Shown here: positions 23,395 to 64,000 of the stretch, piece after piece
How the letters are laid out: every line of letters begins with the position of its first letter
Position numbering within the stretch: the stretch's first letter is position 1
From: Tubiluchus corallicola
Taxonomy: Eukaryota > Animalia > Priapulida
Direction: 5' to 3'
Assembly (NCBI GenBank): GCA_030141605.1
Contig: JAQGDQ010000131.1
Coordinates: 186,001-250,000, forward strand
DNA: 64,000 bases
Notes under the pieces: generated by a model
What the model was told of the DNA's origin: nothing
Database searches by the model: none
The model's input: the letters and a program-made list of their open reading frames with translations, nothing else
Made by a program: the position numbers and the translations under genes

Positions 23395-23680
23395 ATTGTT
23401 GTTGTTGTTGTTGTTGTCTTTGTTTTTCTTGTTGTTGTCGTTTGCGTCCTTGTTGCTAATGCTGCTGATGTTGCAGTTACTGTATTGTTGTCGTTGACTT
23501 TGTTTTTATTGTTGTTGTTGTTGTCCTTGTTGCTAATACTGCTGATGTTGTTGTTGTTGTTGTTGTTGCTGCTGTTTTTGTTGTTATTGCTGTTGTTGTT
23601 GCTGCTGTTTTTGTTGTTGTTATTGTTGTTGTTGTTGTCGTCATCGTTGTTGTTGTCTTTATAGCCGTTGTCATTGTTAA
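23395..23680. repeat. Imperfect (GTT/GCT)n microsatellite
   Basis: Direct inspection. Confidence 0.95.
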
Positions 23681-26600
23681 TATTATATAAATGGCGTGAG
23701 TGTCGTCTGGTAAACCACAAACATTTATTATTAACTGCTGAACGCTTGTTGCTTATTAGGTTTTGCTCGTTTATAATTACGGGAAAAATTAATTAATGTC
23801 TGTCACACACGTGAGCACATCCGGTTCGAATTACCTTTGTTAGGCGAAGTGAATCAATTTCTACCGCCATGCTTCATTTCCGTCACAAATCAAGAACAAA
23901 CAATAAAATGGATGTCTAATCAAATCGTCACCGCAGATAACAAGCTAAAGCTGCATTACGATGGATTACCTGCGTTAAGGCGCTGCAGAATTGATAATTA
24001 TCTAGCGGGATTTTTCTGGCTTAGGCAGGAAACACTTCCAGCTGGGTTCCAATAACTTTTCTTCATATTGGACCCGGCTTCTTTGTAATAAGGCAAAACT
24101 GTAAGAAGAGATGATTTAGCATCAGCGTCCATCATTACAGAGGTTTCCAGGTGTCACGCTGTAAGTGACTTGAAGAAACCTGAAAGGACAGGATAAGCTG
24201 ATACGCGGAAAGAAGCCAAAAAAACTTTCCAGGATTACGTTACGCTGCATAACAGCAGCTGTTGATGAAATTAAGCAAAACAAAACACGCACTAGATCTA
24301 GATCATCCTGAACAACGTCGAGTGTTTTTGTAACATGAAAAAATGAGGTGTTTGCTATCACGCCTCAAATTTTCAAAGTCAAATAAATAAACTACATAAT
24401 AAAAACTACTGTAATCATGAAAACGATGGAAATAATTTGGCTGAAACAACTATGACACCAAGGCGTGCAAGAGGCAATAAGTCGAGTGTTAGCGTTGCCT
24501 TTTTTACTTCCAAACTTCTGAAGCTGCTTTTAGAGCTTTGAATTAAACTTTATTAACGTCAAATTTAATAGATGTAAATAAGTAAACCCACGTAAACACA
24601 ACAACAGCAACAGCAACGACCACAACGACGACTACGACAACAACAATATCTGCAACAACAACAACGTGCCACATGGTTATAGATGTCAGAAATTAATATA
24701 CAAGCACTATATATTGTACACTAACGCATTTGTGCTATTCGGAACTTTTGTTCTTGTGGAGAAAGTCAATTTACGAATTAGTACATCAAAATATGGTAAA
24801 TTAAATGTAACTGAATCAGACCGATGGAAATCATTGAAAGAGTAGACGCAAACCCTTATTGTAAGCAAATTTTATGTTATTATAACCACATAGATAGTAA
24901 TTTTGCTACAACGGCGAACAGTAAAAATTACAGTAATGACTATCAACGAGAAATTACGGACGTTTAGAGATTAACTAGCAACATTAATTAACTAACATTG
25001 CGTTGTACTGTTTAACTAGAATGCGAAAGACTTGAAAAATGATATTGCTGCTTCTTCGTTCAAGCACGTGGATTATTTTAGATGTCAGCGGTGTGTAGGT
25101 GTAAAATTTGCACCGATTTTTCACCTCTGCCATACAGTCAGTATGGCACCAGAAGAAAACGGCACTAAACTTCAAACGTAGTCTAAAAACACAATTAATG
25201 AGTAAGAGTTTAATGAGTGAGTGAGACATAGTGAATGTTGCTGGTCGATTAGCTGCAAAGAAAAATTGAAAATGAAATTAACGCCCTACATTTGTTTTAT
25301 GGTGAAATTGAACAATTTTCTGACATTTCATTCGTTTGTACAATGACTCTCAGTTCTAGAGATAATTCTTAATTTGAACAATTAATAAAAACAAATCAAC
25401 GGTAAAAGAACCATAAAACTCAAAACACGCGACGTTTCCTCCCACCACTGTGAGTTATCTGTAAGTCAAAGAAAGGATAAGATAACAAGTGGTTAATAAA
25501 TTTAAACTATTCTTTCAAAACAAGTTAAATTATTTGGAAATTGAAAAATTAATTGCATTTCGGAATGCGAAGCATTAGATTATTCGTTTATATTGACTTT
25601 TTTCTGCCTGGCTGCCTCGACACGTCATTTAGAACGCAATTTATTTTTGTCATAGAATTAGTTTCTTCGTAAATACGTCATTTATCGTTGCTGCGGTATC
25701 CGTTTTACTCGGAAAAATTTAGAATACGCAGTAACTCCCACCGTGAGGTTACAATAGAAAAACCGGCTAAAACGTATTTTACAAACGAGAACCAAAACAA
25801 CGTCGCGGCGAAATAGACTGCTTTATAGAGCTATTTCGCAAGCGAGTAACTGGAAAATAGGTTTCTGTAAAACATTACTCCCAAGTTTCATGTTTTTATA
25901 ATAAAATACAAGCCTATTTCAGCACTTCAAAGTACACACATGAATGTGAAAGACTTTTTGTCAAGAACCGGTTTCCAAGGCAACCGCTCAGTTTCATAAG
26001 TTTGACACCATGCCCAAAATTATTCAAAGCACCCAACTGAGGGATTTGTCGAAAAACGTTGTGCTAACAAAAAGTGCAAAACTTTTTGCCCATATCACTG
26101 GACTAAATGATTAAGCCACTGGACTAAATGAGCAAACCACTGGAGTAAAATAGGGTTTAGAAAGAACTTCGCATTATCTTATACTATAGGTAAATTTAGC
26201 TATCGTTGTACAACATACATTTTCAAATTTTTTTGACCACTGCTAGACTTCGTAAGTTCGTAACTGATTAGCCAAACGTGAAATAATAATGAAAATTACT
26301 CAGATCTAAATGGCGCGCATGCTCAAGAACGAAAACAACGTCTGACATTCATTTAGGAAACTGAGGACTCGATTTTCTTAACTTGCGCTAAAGATTTTGA
26401 ATACGTATGCCTTCGTGACATGTCTGTGTTCATCAGGATATATTTTAATTTGCCTATAAAATTTTATTTTGAGCATTCTGGACAGGCCATCTGTCTGTTT
26501 TTGTCATTGTGACTGAATAGTTGATTTTGTAACCATATGGATCTTGCGTGTCTAAAATATTTACTGTGCTGAAAGCGTTGTAACATTGATAATACAGTAT

Positions 26601-28959
26601 TTTGTTGCACTGTAATTATGCTAATAGAATTATAATAACCGCTGCTCGTATATGTGTTGACACTGCTGTTCAACCAACATTGAGATAATAAAGTTCTTAA
26701 CATGAACTTAATTGAATAGCCTATTTATAAACCCGTTTTAATGGAAGTATAAGCACTGTCAACTTTTAAATTGTATCATTGTTGTCTTCCTTCTGTAGTG
26801 TGTTGATATGCCCATGGATTACCTGTTGATATTTCATCAGGCAAATGTTTCGCAAAATTTGTAGTTTTCCTAATCTTTCCAACATGTAGCATTAGGTAAA
26901 AACGAAACGAACAACTTTAATCACATTATCAACATTGCACTTAATGTTATGTTTTTTCCTACAAAGATGCGATTTCACAGGACAGAAAAATATTGTTGTT
27001 GTTGTTGTTCATGAAGAATGTCTTTCAGGGTTTCTTTGGGGGGTTTTGCATCGTCATTCAGAAACACAATTATCAATTAAATCATAAATAAACCAAGTAC
27101 TTTTTTAATAACGCAACTTTGTTTTCGATGAAAAGCCTCCTTACCATCGTGATTATTGTGGGTACCTAAACATAATTATATTAAACCTACATAAAGCATG
27201 TCAATCAAAGTTTACTGTATCAAATTTTTACGATTTGTATATAAGAGTCTGTAACATTTAAATGTTTACCTAATTTCAAGGACTACTATACGTGTATAGT
27301 AGTCCTTGCCTAATTTATATTTATATTTCTCATTAAGATATCGTCTCAGTTTTCATAAGGTCAATGAGCTAAAGCAAAAGCTGCATATAGTTTTTTGTTT
27401 CTTTTTTACTTTTAGTTTTAACATTTTGCAATGGCACTCTAATCTTCCACTTCTGCTAATGTACGGGGAATTTTCGTGTTTTATGTATAGTAGTAGTAGT
27501 ACAAGACAACGTGTGATGAACATTAACCTGTTAGATTTCCTTTAACAGGAACATAAGAAATACAACAGCTAATTTAGTTTCGTCTTTATTATTATTTAAT
27601 ATTAAAACAGTTTTCACAGCAATATCTCAGTGCATACGTCACTAAAAAAACATCACAGTGCAGAGGTGTAAAAAACCATACAGATACACAAAAGCAATCA
27701 ACATCGAAAAAATATAAAGTAAGTTAAAAAAACAGTTTGTAAAATTAAACAGCACTACAGTTTTATCACAGCAATTTTGATTTTGTTTTTGCTTAAATAT
27801 GACAATCAGTTCGTGCAAATTTAAGTCGCGATAAGTTGCACTAAACACGTTTTTTAGGTTCAAAAGTGACTAGAGACATTTAATATCTTTGCTTCAAGAT
27901 TTAGGAGAAATCAATTGTTATTGTTGGTAGGTCTTACGACACGTAGACGTCTCTCGTCATACAAGAGAAGATGACAATGAACTGGTAAAGCTTTCGCGAA
28001 GAGATTCCAGCAACGGAGAGGCGGGCTTGATGGTTTGCTGGACGATGTAACGATTTGGCACCATTCCTTTCTGAAATGATTTTCACGATTATTAAAGCAC
28101 AGGAATACACTCTTCATACCTCAATAAAGTTTAAAAGCTCGATTTGAAATTTTAAACCACTTACATGCTGCCCTATTGCATACAGAGCTTGCGTTAGCAG
28201 CAACGCTATACAATACTTGTAATTTAAACTCCCGCGATGACTGTTAGGCGCAGCCATTTTAACAGTAAAACATTTGAAACAAGGGTAAGGGTTGTGCTAA
28301 GTAAAGTTCTATGGGATATACTTTAAAATTCCCCTTTCTTCCCCTTTAACAATGCACGAAGGAAATGCTAAATAAGAAAATCTTGAAATTTTTTCGTTAC
28401 TGGAACTCGAACGCAAGATCTCCTTTTCCAGCTATGCTAACCATTACATGACGGAAGTATTTAATTGTGACTAAATTATTGAGTAGGACCAACTGGAAGC
28501 TTTAACATCATCATTACATTGGAGTCAAGCTTGTTTAATGAATTTTACTTGGTATTTTCAGGCGCTCAGATGCAAAAAAGGTTTCACCTCAGGTTACAAC
28601 CTAAAACACTTTAAATCAAAACGTGTACGTCTAATTGGCCTCAGACACTTTGTTCATATAGCGTGAATACCTCAACCTATTCTATTTGTAGAACGACATA
28701 TGTTTGATGCACTCCCCCCCTCTCTCTCTCTTTCTCCCCCCCCCCCTCTCCTGATAACGGCACCATCTACGACGCGGCAAAATCGGTGTTTGTCATGAAA
28801 TAGCGCAATAGTGTTGCAATTATCTCCACGAATGGTGTTCATGTTAGAGGCAGGTTTCAAAATGTGCGCCTAACAAAACTGAAGCAATTACATTTGGAAA
28901 TGCACGTGATGATGTACTTTTACCATAACTTTCATTTGGCCAGAAGTAAACAAACTACG

Positions 28960-29330
28960 TAACGAATCTAAAGTGCTAGGTGTAACGCTAGAGAAAAACA
29001 TAAATTTCAACATTTCTATATCTAGAATTAGGCAGAAAACGTGAAGCAAATGGCCTTAAGTTGAAAAATGTAAAGTTTGAACATAAGGGATGGAGAATGG
29101 CTGGAATAGTTAGACAATTTCAAATGACAGCAACGCCAATAATATTCTACGGGGCTGCCAGTTGGATGATAAAGAAGCAGAGTTATGACCTGTATTACGA
29201 TCTACTAAAAGCTTCAGGAGATGAATACAATCCTCATAAAATTAATATTGAATGAATATGTGGAATACACCCCTGTTGATGTTATGTATTCAAATATAAT
29301 TAGTAAATTTATCCTGTAAAAACAGGAGTT
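28960..29330 (+). mobile_element. Degenerate LINE RT C-terminal fragment (I/R1/Jockey-group-like)
   Basis: SKVLGVTLEKNINF then GW...IVRQFQMTATPIIFYGAASW resembles KYLGV.LD..L.F...P.LLYG...W. Confidence 0.6.
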
Positions 29331-30104
29331 GTCCAAACAGTGACATTAAAACAAATTATAGCTTGTGAAGCACTACTTGCAAATTTTCGTACTTGCATCT
29401 CGTAAACGCGCATCTAGCACGTAAAATCACATTTAGCTGCATTTTAGTAACTGTAAAATCGTTGACTTCTGAGAATGACAAAAGGAATCACTACGAGACC
29501 TGAATATTTAACAGCTATGGACGAACAAAACTTTTTACAATAAAAACGATAGCAACAGATATCTTACTGAAACGTTGGCTAGGAAAATCCAACACTGTTG
29601 TCAATTAAACGGGATTTTTAATGATATTGTGTATCCTTAAATAGCTTTTTAAATTTGTCGCTAAATATCAAGGAAGGCAAATGGAAACGGGGCGTTAAAC
29701 CTACTTGAAGTAATGAGTCATTTGTGCGAATGTAATGTAAATGTACAAACCCCAGAGCACGTAGTGTTTATTTGTTGTTTAGTAGTTTATGACTTAAGAA
29801 GGAAGTTGATCGGAGTTCTACCTTCGTAGACTTAAATCTATAAAGTAGGAGACACTGAAATTTTATTCACATTTGTAAACATGGTCAAAAGATATTGTTT
29901 GCAAAAATCTTATGCAGTGTTAATTTGTATACTGTAATAGTTCTTAATTTTGAATTTTAAGTGTGATAATTTTAAAGTTCTACATTTTGTGTACTGTGTT
30001 TTTTAAAACTACTAACATGTATTTGTCACTAAGTTTGTGTATAAAAATTTGTAAATGGCTATGCTGAGTTGTCATGTTTGAAATAAATTGAGGTTCAATA
30101 AAAG

Positions 30105-30147
30105 AATGATGATGATGATAATAATAATAATAATCTCCCTCTCACTC

Positions 30148-30211
<64 letters not shown>

Positions 30212-30241
30212 TCTCCCTCTCCCTCTCTCCCTCTCCCCCTC

Positions 30242-30302
<61 letters not shown>
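30105..30302. repeat. Compound (ATG)(ATA)/(CT)n microsatellite
   Basis: Direct inspection. Confidence 0.95.
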
Positions 30303-30304
<2 letters not shown>

Positions 30305-32089
30305 ACGCAGTTAAATATATAATTAAATGCTTTCTAACCTGAACCAAGTTCTGACAGCATGCATGTCTTAATTCTGACTACTAATCAATCAAATGTCGCA
30401 GTGCAACCTAGATTAAATGAAATCAAGACTCAACAGGCTAAGCTTGCTAAGCTTGATAGTCTAGTTCTCTCTTCTTCTTCTAACACTCTGGCCGGTCTGA
30501 TTAGAATTACATTCCCGAACTTTTAGTAACAACTGCAAATCCGACGAAAATAAATCTGATTATACATATAAGTGCAAATAAGCCATTCCATATCTGGGAG
30601 ATAAGCACTTTATTAATTTCCGAATTTCCGATCAGCACTTTATGAATTATAATGAACTGTATACGGTATGACCTCATTTCACAAAATGCAGAGTAACTTA
30701 GTTACGAAATACTTGCCAATTTTGCAATTAGCGCATTACCGACTAGATGTGAACTTGCCCTAAAATGGTCCAAACGGAGGAATTCGTGAGCTTTATACTT
30801 TAATCTATACCGATTTGAAAAATAGAACATAACTTTTTACAACAATCTGTTATGAGTCAGTAATAAAACGATTAAAATTAACCAATCTAGTGTTAATATA
30901 CACAGAGGCATTTTAAAATTCAGAGTGGTTATTTGAAGTCTAACAATGAAGTCTAACAGTCTAACAGGCAGAAATGGGCAGGCATTTTAAGTAGGGGATA
31001 CATTTTCATTTCAAGAGATCAAGGGTTAATTTGTGAGACAATTATCTAGCTAATTCCATGAGCAAATCCCCTTCTATTCTCTGAACTAATAGCTAATGCG
31101 CTACAGCTTTCCAATGAGGACAGAAAACTTCCTGCATTATCACTTAAGTTTTAAAAGATTTCTGTGAAAGCTTCTCAATGTAAAAGTTTTTCGATTTTTC
31201 ATTCTCGCTATTTAGAAAAGCCAAAAGTGCATCAAAGTGCTTGTACATCAACTATGCTACTTTTTAAGAAGACTTGTGACAATGCGCGCCTTTAACTGGG
31301 CGAGGAAAAATGTATAAATGGTTTTTCCACTACCGATATTCAAGGTTTGCTAGCTTCAAAATGACAAGCAAGCAAGCACACATGGGATGAAACGAGGAAA
31401 TGTCTAGACATATAACGCAAATTTAATTCTTAATGACAAAAAGACTACACTTAAGAAACGAGAAAAAAACACGACCTTTTAAACTACCGCTGTGGTTTAT
31501 CTTCAGAAGAGAGAATAAGAGAGAAGGAAAAAAGAACACATCAAAGTAAAGCTTATTTTAGGGGCAGTTTTCAGGTTACTAATACATACAGATGTCACAA
31601 TTAGAAACACACACAAAAAACAAGGGAAAAACATAAAGTTAAAAATCACTGGCCACAGTCACAGAACGTTAGTGAGACAACAAAATTTCAAGACGTATGG
31701 CGGCCAAATTTTTTGTAACACCCGATAATTGCATTGTTCGCTGAAAGAAGAAATATATCTTTAAAGAATTAAACGTACATATCGCCGTAATTAATGTACC
31801 GAGGGCTCAACTTAGAGTTACGTTTCGAATCTCTAGAGTATAAATTGCGATTTTAAGTTTCATCATTTTTACACCTGCTAGGTAAAGACGCCGTAATTTG
31901 TAGAGAATGATGAAGCTGTAGACATGACTGCTCACATTAGAATACACATCACGCAGTCTCTATACAATAAACTTGTTCATCGTACGAGTCGTAAATTAGA
32001 CTTACGACTTGTGTCCGACACTTAGAATAATTATCCATCGTGCAGCACGAGATGAACCGAAACCCACCGCGCGCGTTCTCCAGCTGCCT

Positions 32090-32103
32090 GTAACCATGGT
32101 AAC
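32090..32103. promoter_or_regulatory. RFX X-box motif in a CpG-rich promoter-like segment
   Basis: GTAACCATGGTAAC fits GTNRCC-N(0-3)-RGYAAC; flanked by CGCGCGCG, CTCGCGGG, TCGCCGCC. Confidence 0.5.
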
Positions 32104-32854
32104 GTGGACACGTTTTAAATTCTGAAACCGAAACTCGCGGGATTCTGAACGAAAAATTATTATCGCCGCCAGAAAAGTGATTTCATTCCTTTGGAAAATA
32201 ACATGTGTAATGTGTCTGATTTGCGTAAGCTGAGCTATTTGTTGAAATTGATGCTGATTTCTAAGACCACGTCTTACTCTTTTTTCCGTTTTCGAAATCC
32301 CTTTCAATGCCCGTGCCAAAGAATAAATCTGGACTCCTGATTGAATTAAAAGACCAGTAAACCCATAAAACGGTATTGAAGTAATTTAATAAATAGCTCG
32401 ACTTTATAGACGGTATATGACTTAAATTTTCGCCGTTTTCCAGTCTTATAACTAATATTATAACGCCAACCGAAAATAAACGGTTAACGCATTTTCACAC
32501 AAGATCTCAGCGCTTCGACAACAACTGCGTATTACAAACTCTTTTTAGAGATACCCTCTAGCACGACTAAGCTTCAAATTTCATTTCCTTGTTTGGCTAG
32601 CTTGCCAATCTCGCAAAAAGTGTGCAGTCTTTGTAATTGCACAAGCTGATGAAGAACCACCACAGCTAGTGGACAAAATACGACGTCAGTAAAAGTCGTA
32701 TGCATAATTTGCAGCTACCACATACTAATTAACCTAATGTTAATTAAATAATAACAATGTTGCACCAGCCACAAATACTGGCGTTGTTTTTGCTTTCTAA
32801 TTTCATTGAGTTTAATCCTACCAGGAGAAAGTTATTTTGTTTTGATCATCAAGA

Positions 32855-33197
32855 CAATCATGACAACGGTGACGACCACAAAGACGACAATGACGACAAC
32901 AGCGACGACAACAACACCCCCACCAACACCACCACCACCACCACAAAGACGACAATGACGACAACAGCGACGACGGCAATGACAACAACAACAACACAAC
33001 CACCCCCACCCCCACCACCTCAATCACCAACACCAACACCACCACCCCCATCCCCACCAATACCCCCACCACCACCCTCTAACCATCTAACCACCACCGC
33101 CACCGCCGCCACCATGACGACAACGACAACAACAGCAGTAACAATGCAAGAAAGACGATTACGACGACGATGACGACGACGACGACAACCACAACAA
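32855..33197. repeat. Compound (ACG/ACA/ACC)n low-complexity tract
   Basis: Direct inspection. Confidence 0.95.
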
Positions 33198-35190
33198 TCG
33201 AAAAGTTATTGGGTCAAAGGCGAGTATTGACTATCTCATACATAAACTTCAATCTCATCAACTCAAATTACGTCTCAGTAGGTGCCCTCGATATGTACAA
33301 ACGGCCGTAAAACGTGTAACACTTAATTAATGATTAAGAGTCTCAGGATAATAACCAAGCCTACATTCTGATTACTAGTAATAACTGTCTAACTAATTTG
33401 ATGGCGACGTTTATTACTTCAATCAAGCTTAATATGCTATCAGGACGGCACAAATTTGATTAACAGAGCAAAGCACCATCAACGTGAGGAAAACTGGCTA
33501 TAATGTGCATAACAGCGGTTGCAGTTATAATACACACTTGTGCAATGTGGATTCAAAAGTTACTGTTCGTGGAAGCTTAGGTTAAAATCATTTGCACGCC
33601 TAAGACTTCTTAAGCACACAGGGGCACCTTGCTAATTAATTTAAAATTAACGAGGCGCTCCATTCTTTATGCGAAATTTGATAAATAATGTACTTGCAAC
33701 AGAATACTGTTGACTGCCAATATGATTACCGTATAGTTAGAGAAATGCAGTTGCAAACATCAATGTTCCAAAGAATTATCTAAAAAGAAGGGAACACGTT
33801 CATGCATGTTACCCCAGTTTGTTTACAAATTTACAATAAAATTTAAAAAAGTTCAAAGATGCTATTTTTGCTTTCATTATAGAAATGTTTTCATATGTAT
33901 CATGTTTTAAAGAAAACCCATCCAAAAAATCTAAAAAAAAACCTTTTTGAAAACTATTGAATGAGACGTTGATGCTCTACTTCAAACAGAGCCATCTATT
34001 AATAAATATATTAATTATTACAGAAAGTGCCATTTCAAAGTTTCAAAATTCTGTGGTGCACCTTTTCTTTTTTCTCGTGTCTTTTAAATGAAAAGTTTAA
34101 GTATATTAGACTATAAGAATCATTTTGCCAATGTAGCAAACAGTTTGAATGCTGTAAGATATTGCACCTAAAAATTCATTGAATTTACTTCTAGGAACAA
34201 CAAACAATTTCGTTAGAAAGTAAATTTGCAAATTGGAAGTGACTGCTGGGCGAGTTTCATCAAAATTCTGCAAAGAGTGTCTATCCGACCATTTTGCATT
34301 CTATTTCCAAGGTTTCCAAAGCCATTTAATTTGATTTTGTGCAAAGGTCAGTCAGATCTTCTAGCAGATGCTAAATGCAGATTGTTTCCATCCAAACGTT
34401 TGCAAATTTCAAAGGTTATTTGGCCAAGCTGCTGGCGTCAAGCGTCACTATGACACTTTTTTGACACTGATTTTAAACTTGGCAGTTAGAAAAACTCTTA
34501 TATTAATTATACACTAGATGCTTTACATAATAGCTGCAATGCCACTGCAGTCGTTAGCTAATCACAGTCAGGACATTACAGTGGTACAGTGGAGTGTTGA
34601 AAAACTTTTATAGGTTCAATACACGATGACTGAATTTGAAGCATAGCAATTACGGTACAAGGCAGCAGTTATTACATTGAAGTCGGCTCAGAGATTGCTG
34701 TACGTCCTCTGAAAACTAAGCACTGCTGTACAGGATATTTCTATAATTACAAATTCCCTGCTTTTCTGAATTCTTCACATAGACCATCGTATCCACAAGT
34801 TTGACTAATGGTTGTCCTTACCAAGCTAATGCCAACAGCACTGCACCGATAAAAGTTTATTTTGCTTGCACAAAATTACAGGATGGATAAGGACATATCC
34901 CATTGCACTGTAAAACGACCACGGTCAACTACACATAAAGACACTATTGGTCAAAAGATGAGCAAAGAAATGTATCTCACGTTAATGCATATTTAATTCT
35001 CAATGACAAGAATACAGATAACTAATGAAAACGCGAGCGCTCTGAACCCTGAAGTAATCTTTTGCCTGGGTTTGTTTGGCTAGGGGCCCTTCATTTGGTG
35101 GTCCGTTTTTGGCTGGTACTAACTACATAGGATGCCTTTGTCTAAGTTTTCTACTGGTGACCTTTTATCTGGGTGGTCCTTTGTTCTTTG

Positions 35191-63593
<28,403 letters not shown>

Positions 63594-64000
63594 CTGCAAA
63601 GTAAAGAAACCAAATAAATTACTTATAGCCAGTTCTGAATTTCCGTAAAACTTCTTGGCAAAGAATGAAATTTTGCCAAAGCACAGCTGCACTGAACTGA
63701 ATCACCATGACCTCTCATTATACAAAATCCCCATTAAGGATTTTTTGGCATTTGAGAAGATTGGTGCATTTTTCTGAAGACAGCATGATATCTTTACAAA
63801 TATTTAATGTCACTTAATGACAGAATGACAGATTGTGACTCATAATTTTACGCAAGCAGTTTTAATATCATTTAGTATGATATCATGTAAAAAGTATAAT
63901 AAAGACACAATTCAGATGTTATAAAATCACAAGATAATCAAGTACAAATTTTTTAGATCAAAATATATGTAACTGTTGTTGACCAGCTATGGACAGTCAA

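Noticed and set aside
23346-23720. Poly-Asn/Thr/Leu ORFs (likewise 30088, 32757, 47110-47437, 60511-60832)
   Set aside because: Microsatellite translations
25971-25984. X-box-like GTTTCCAAGGCAAC
   Set aside because: It lies in transposon-like sequence, where such motifs are common
24779-26106. One Academ-like element from TAGTACATC... to ...CACTGGACTA
   Set aside because: The right end looks transposon-like but the pairing with the left end is weak and no TSD was found
32002-32319. 105-aa minus-strand ORF
   Set aside because: Non-ATG start, no motifs, and it runs through the promoter-like segment

Overview
AT-rich, intron-containing animal DNA, most likely a non-arthropod invertebrate (the species cannot be fixed from the sequence). 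Two genes are well supported and face each other. (1) An intronless class A GPCR closely resembling GPR83 (+, 18862-20352). (2) The 3' part of a HEATR4-like HEAT-repeat gene (-, 12 phase-consistent GT-AG exons from 63593 to 35191, ~572 codons; the 5' part lies beyond the window). Manual translation also shows two decayed, intron-free gene copies that the ORF track does not make obvious: an Epac/RAPGEF4-like RA+RasGEF fragment (-, ~9340-10400) and an actin-family remnant inside a HEATR4 intron (+, ~37625-38135). The rest is LINE fragments, tRNA-derived SINE-like elements, hAT/MULE/Tc1-type non-autonomous DNA elements, tandem repeats and long microsatellites. The leads most worth testing are a CpG-rich, RFX X-box-bearing promoter with a chain of minus-strand exon candidates between the two genes, uORFs overlapping the GPCR start codon, and a 93-nt hairpin downstream of the GPCR. 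No new biological system can be demonstrated from sequence alone. All homology calls are from recalled family sequences, not database searches.
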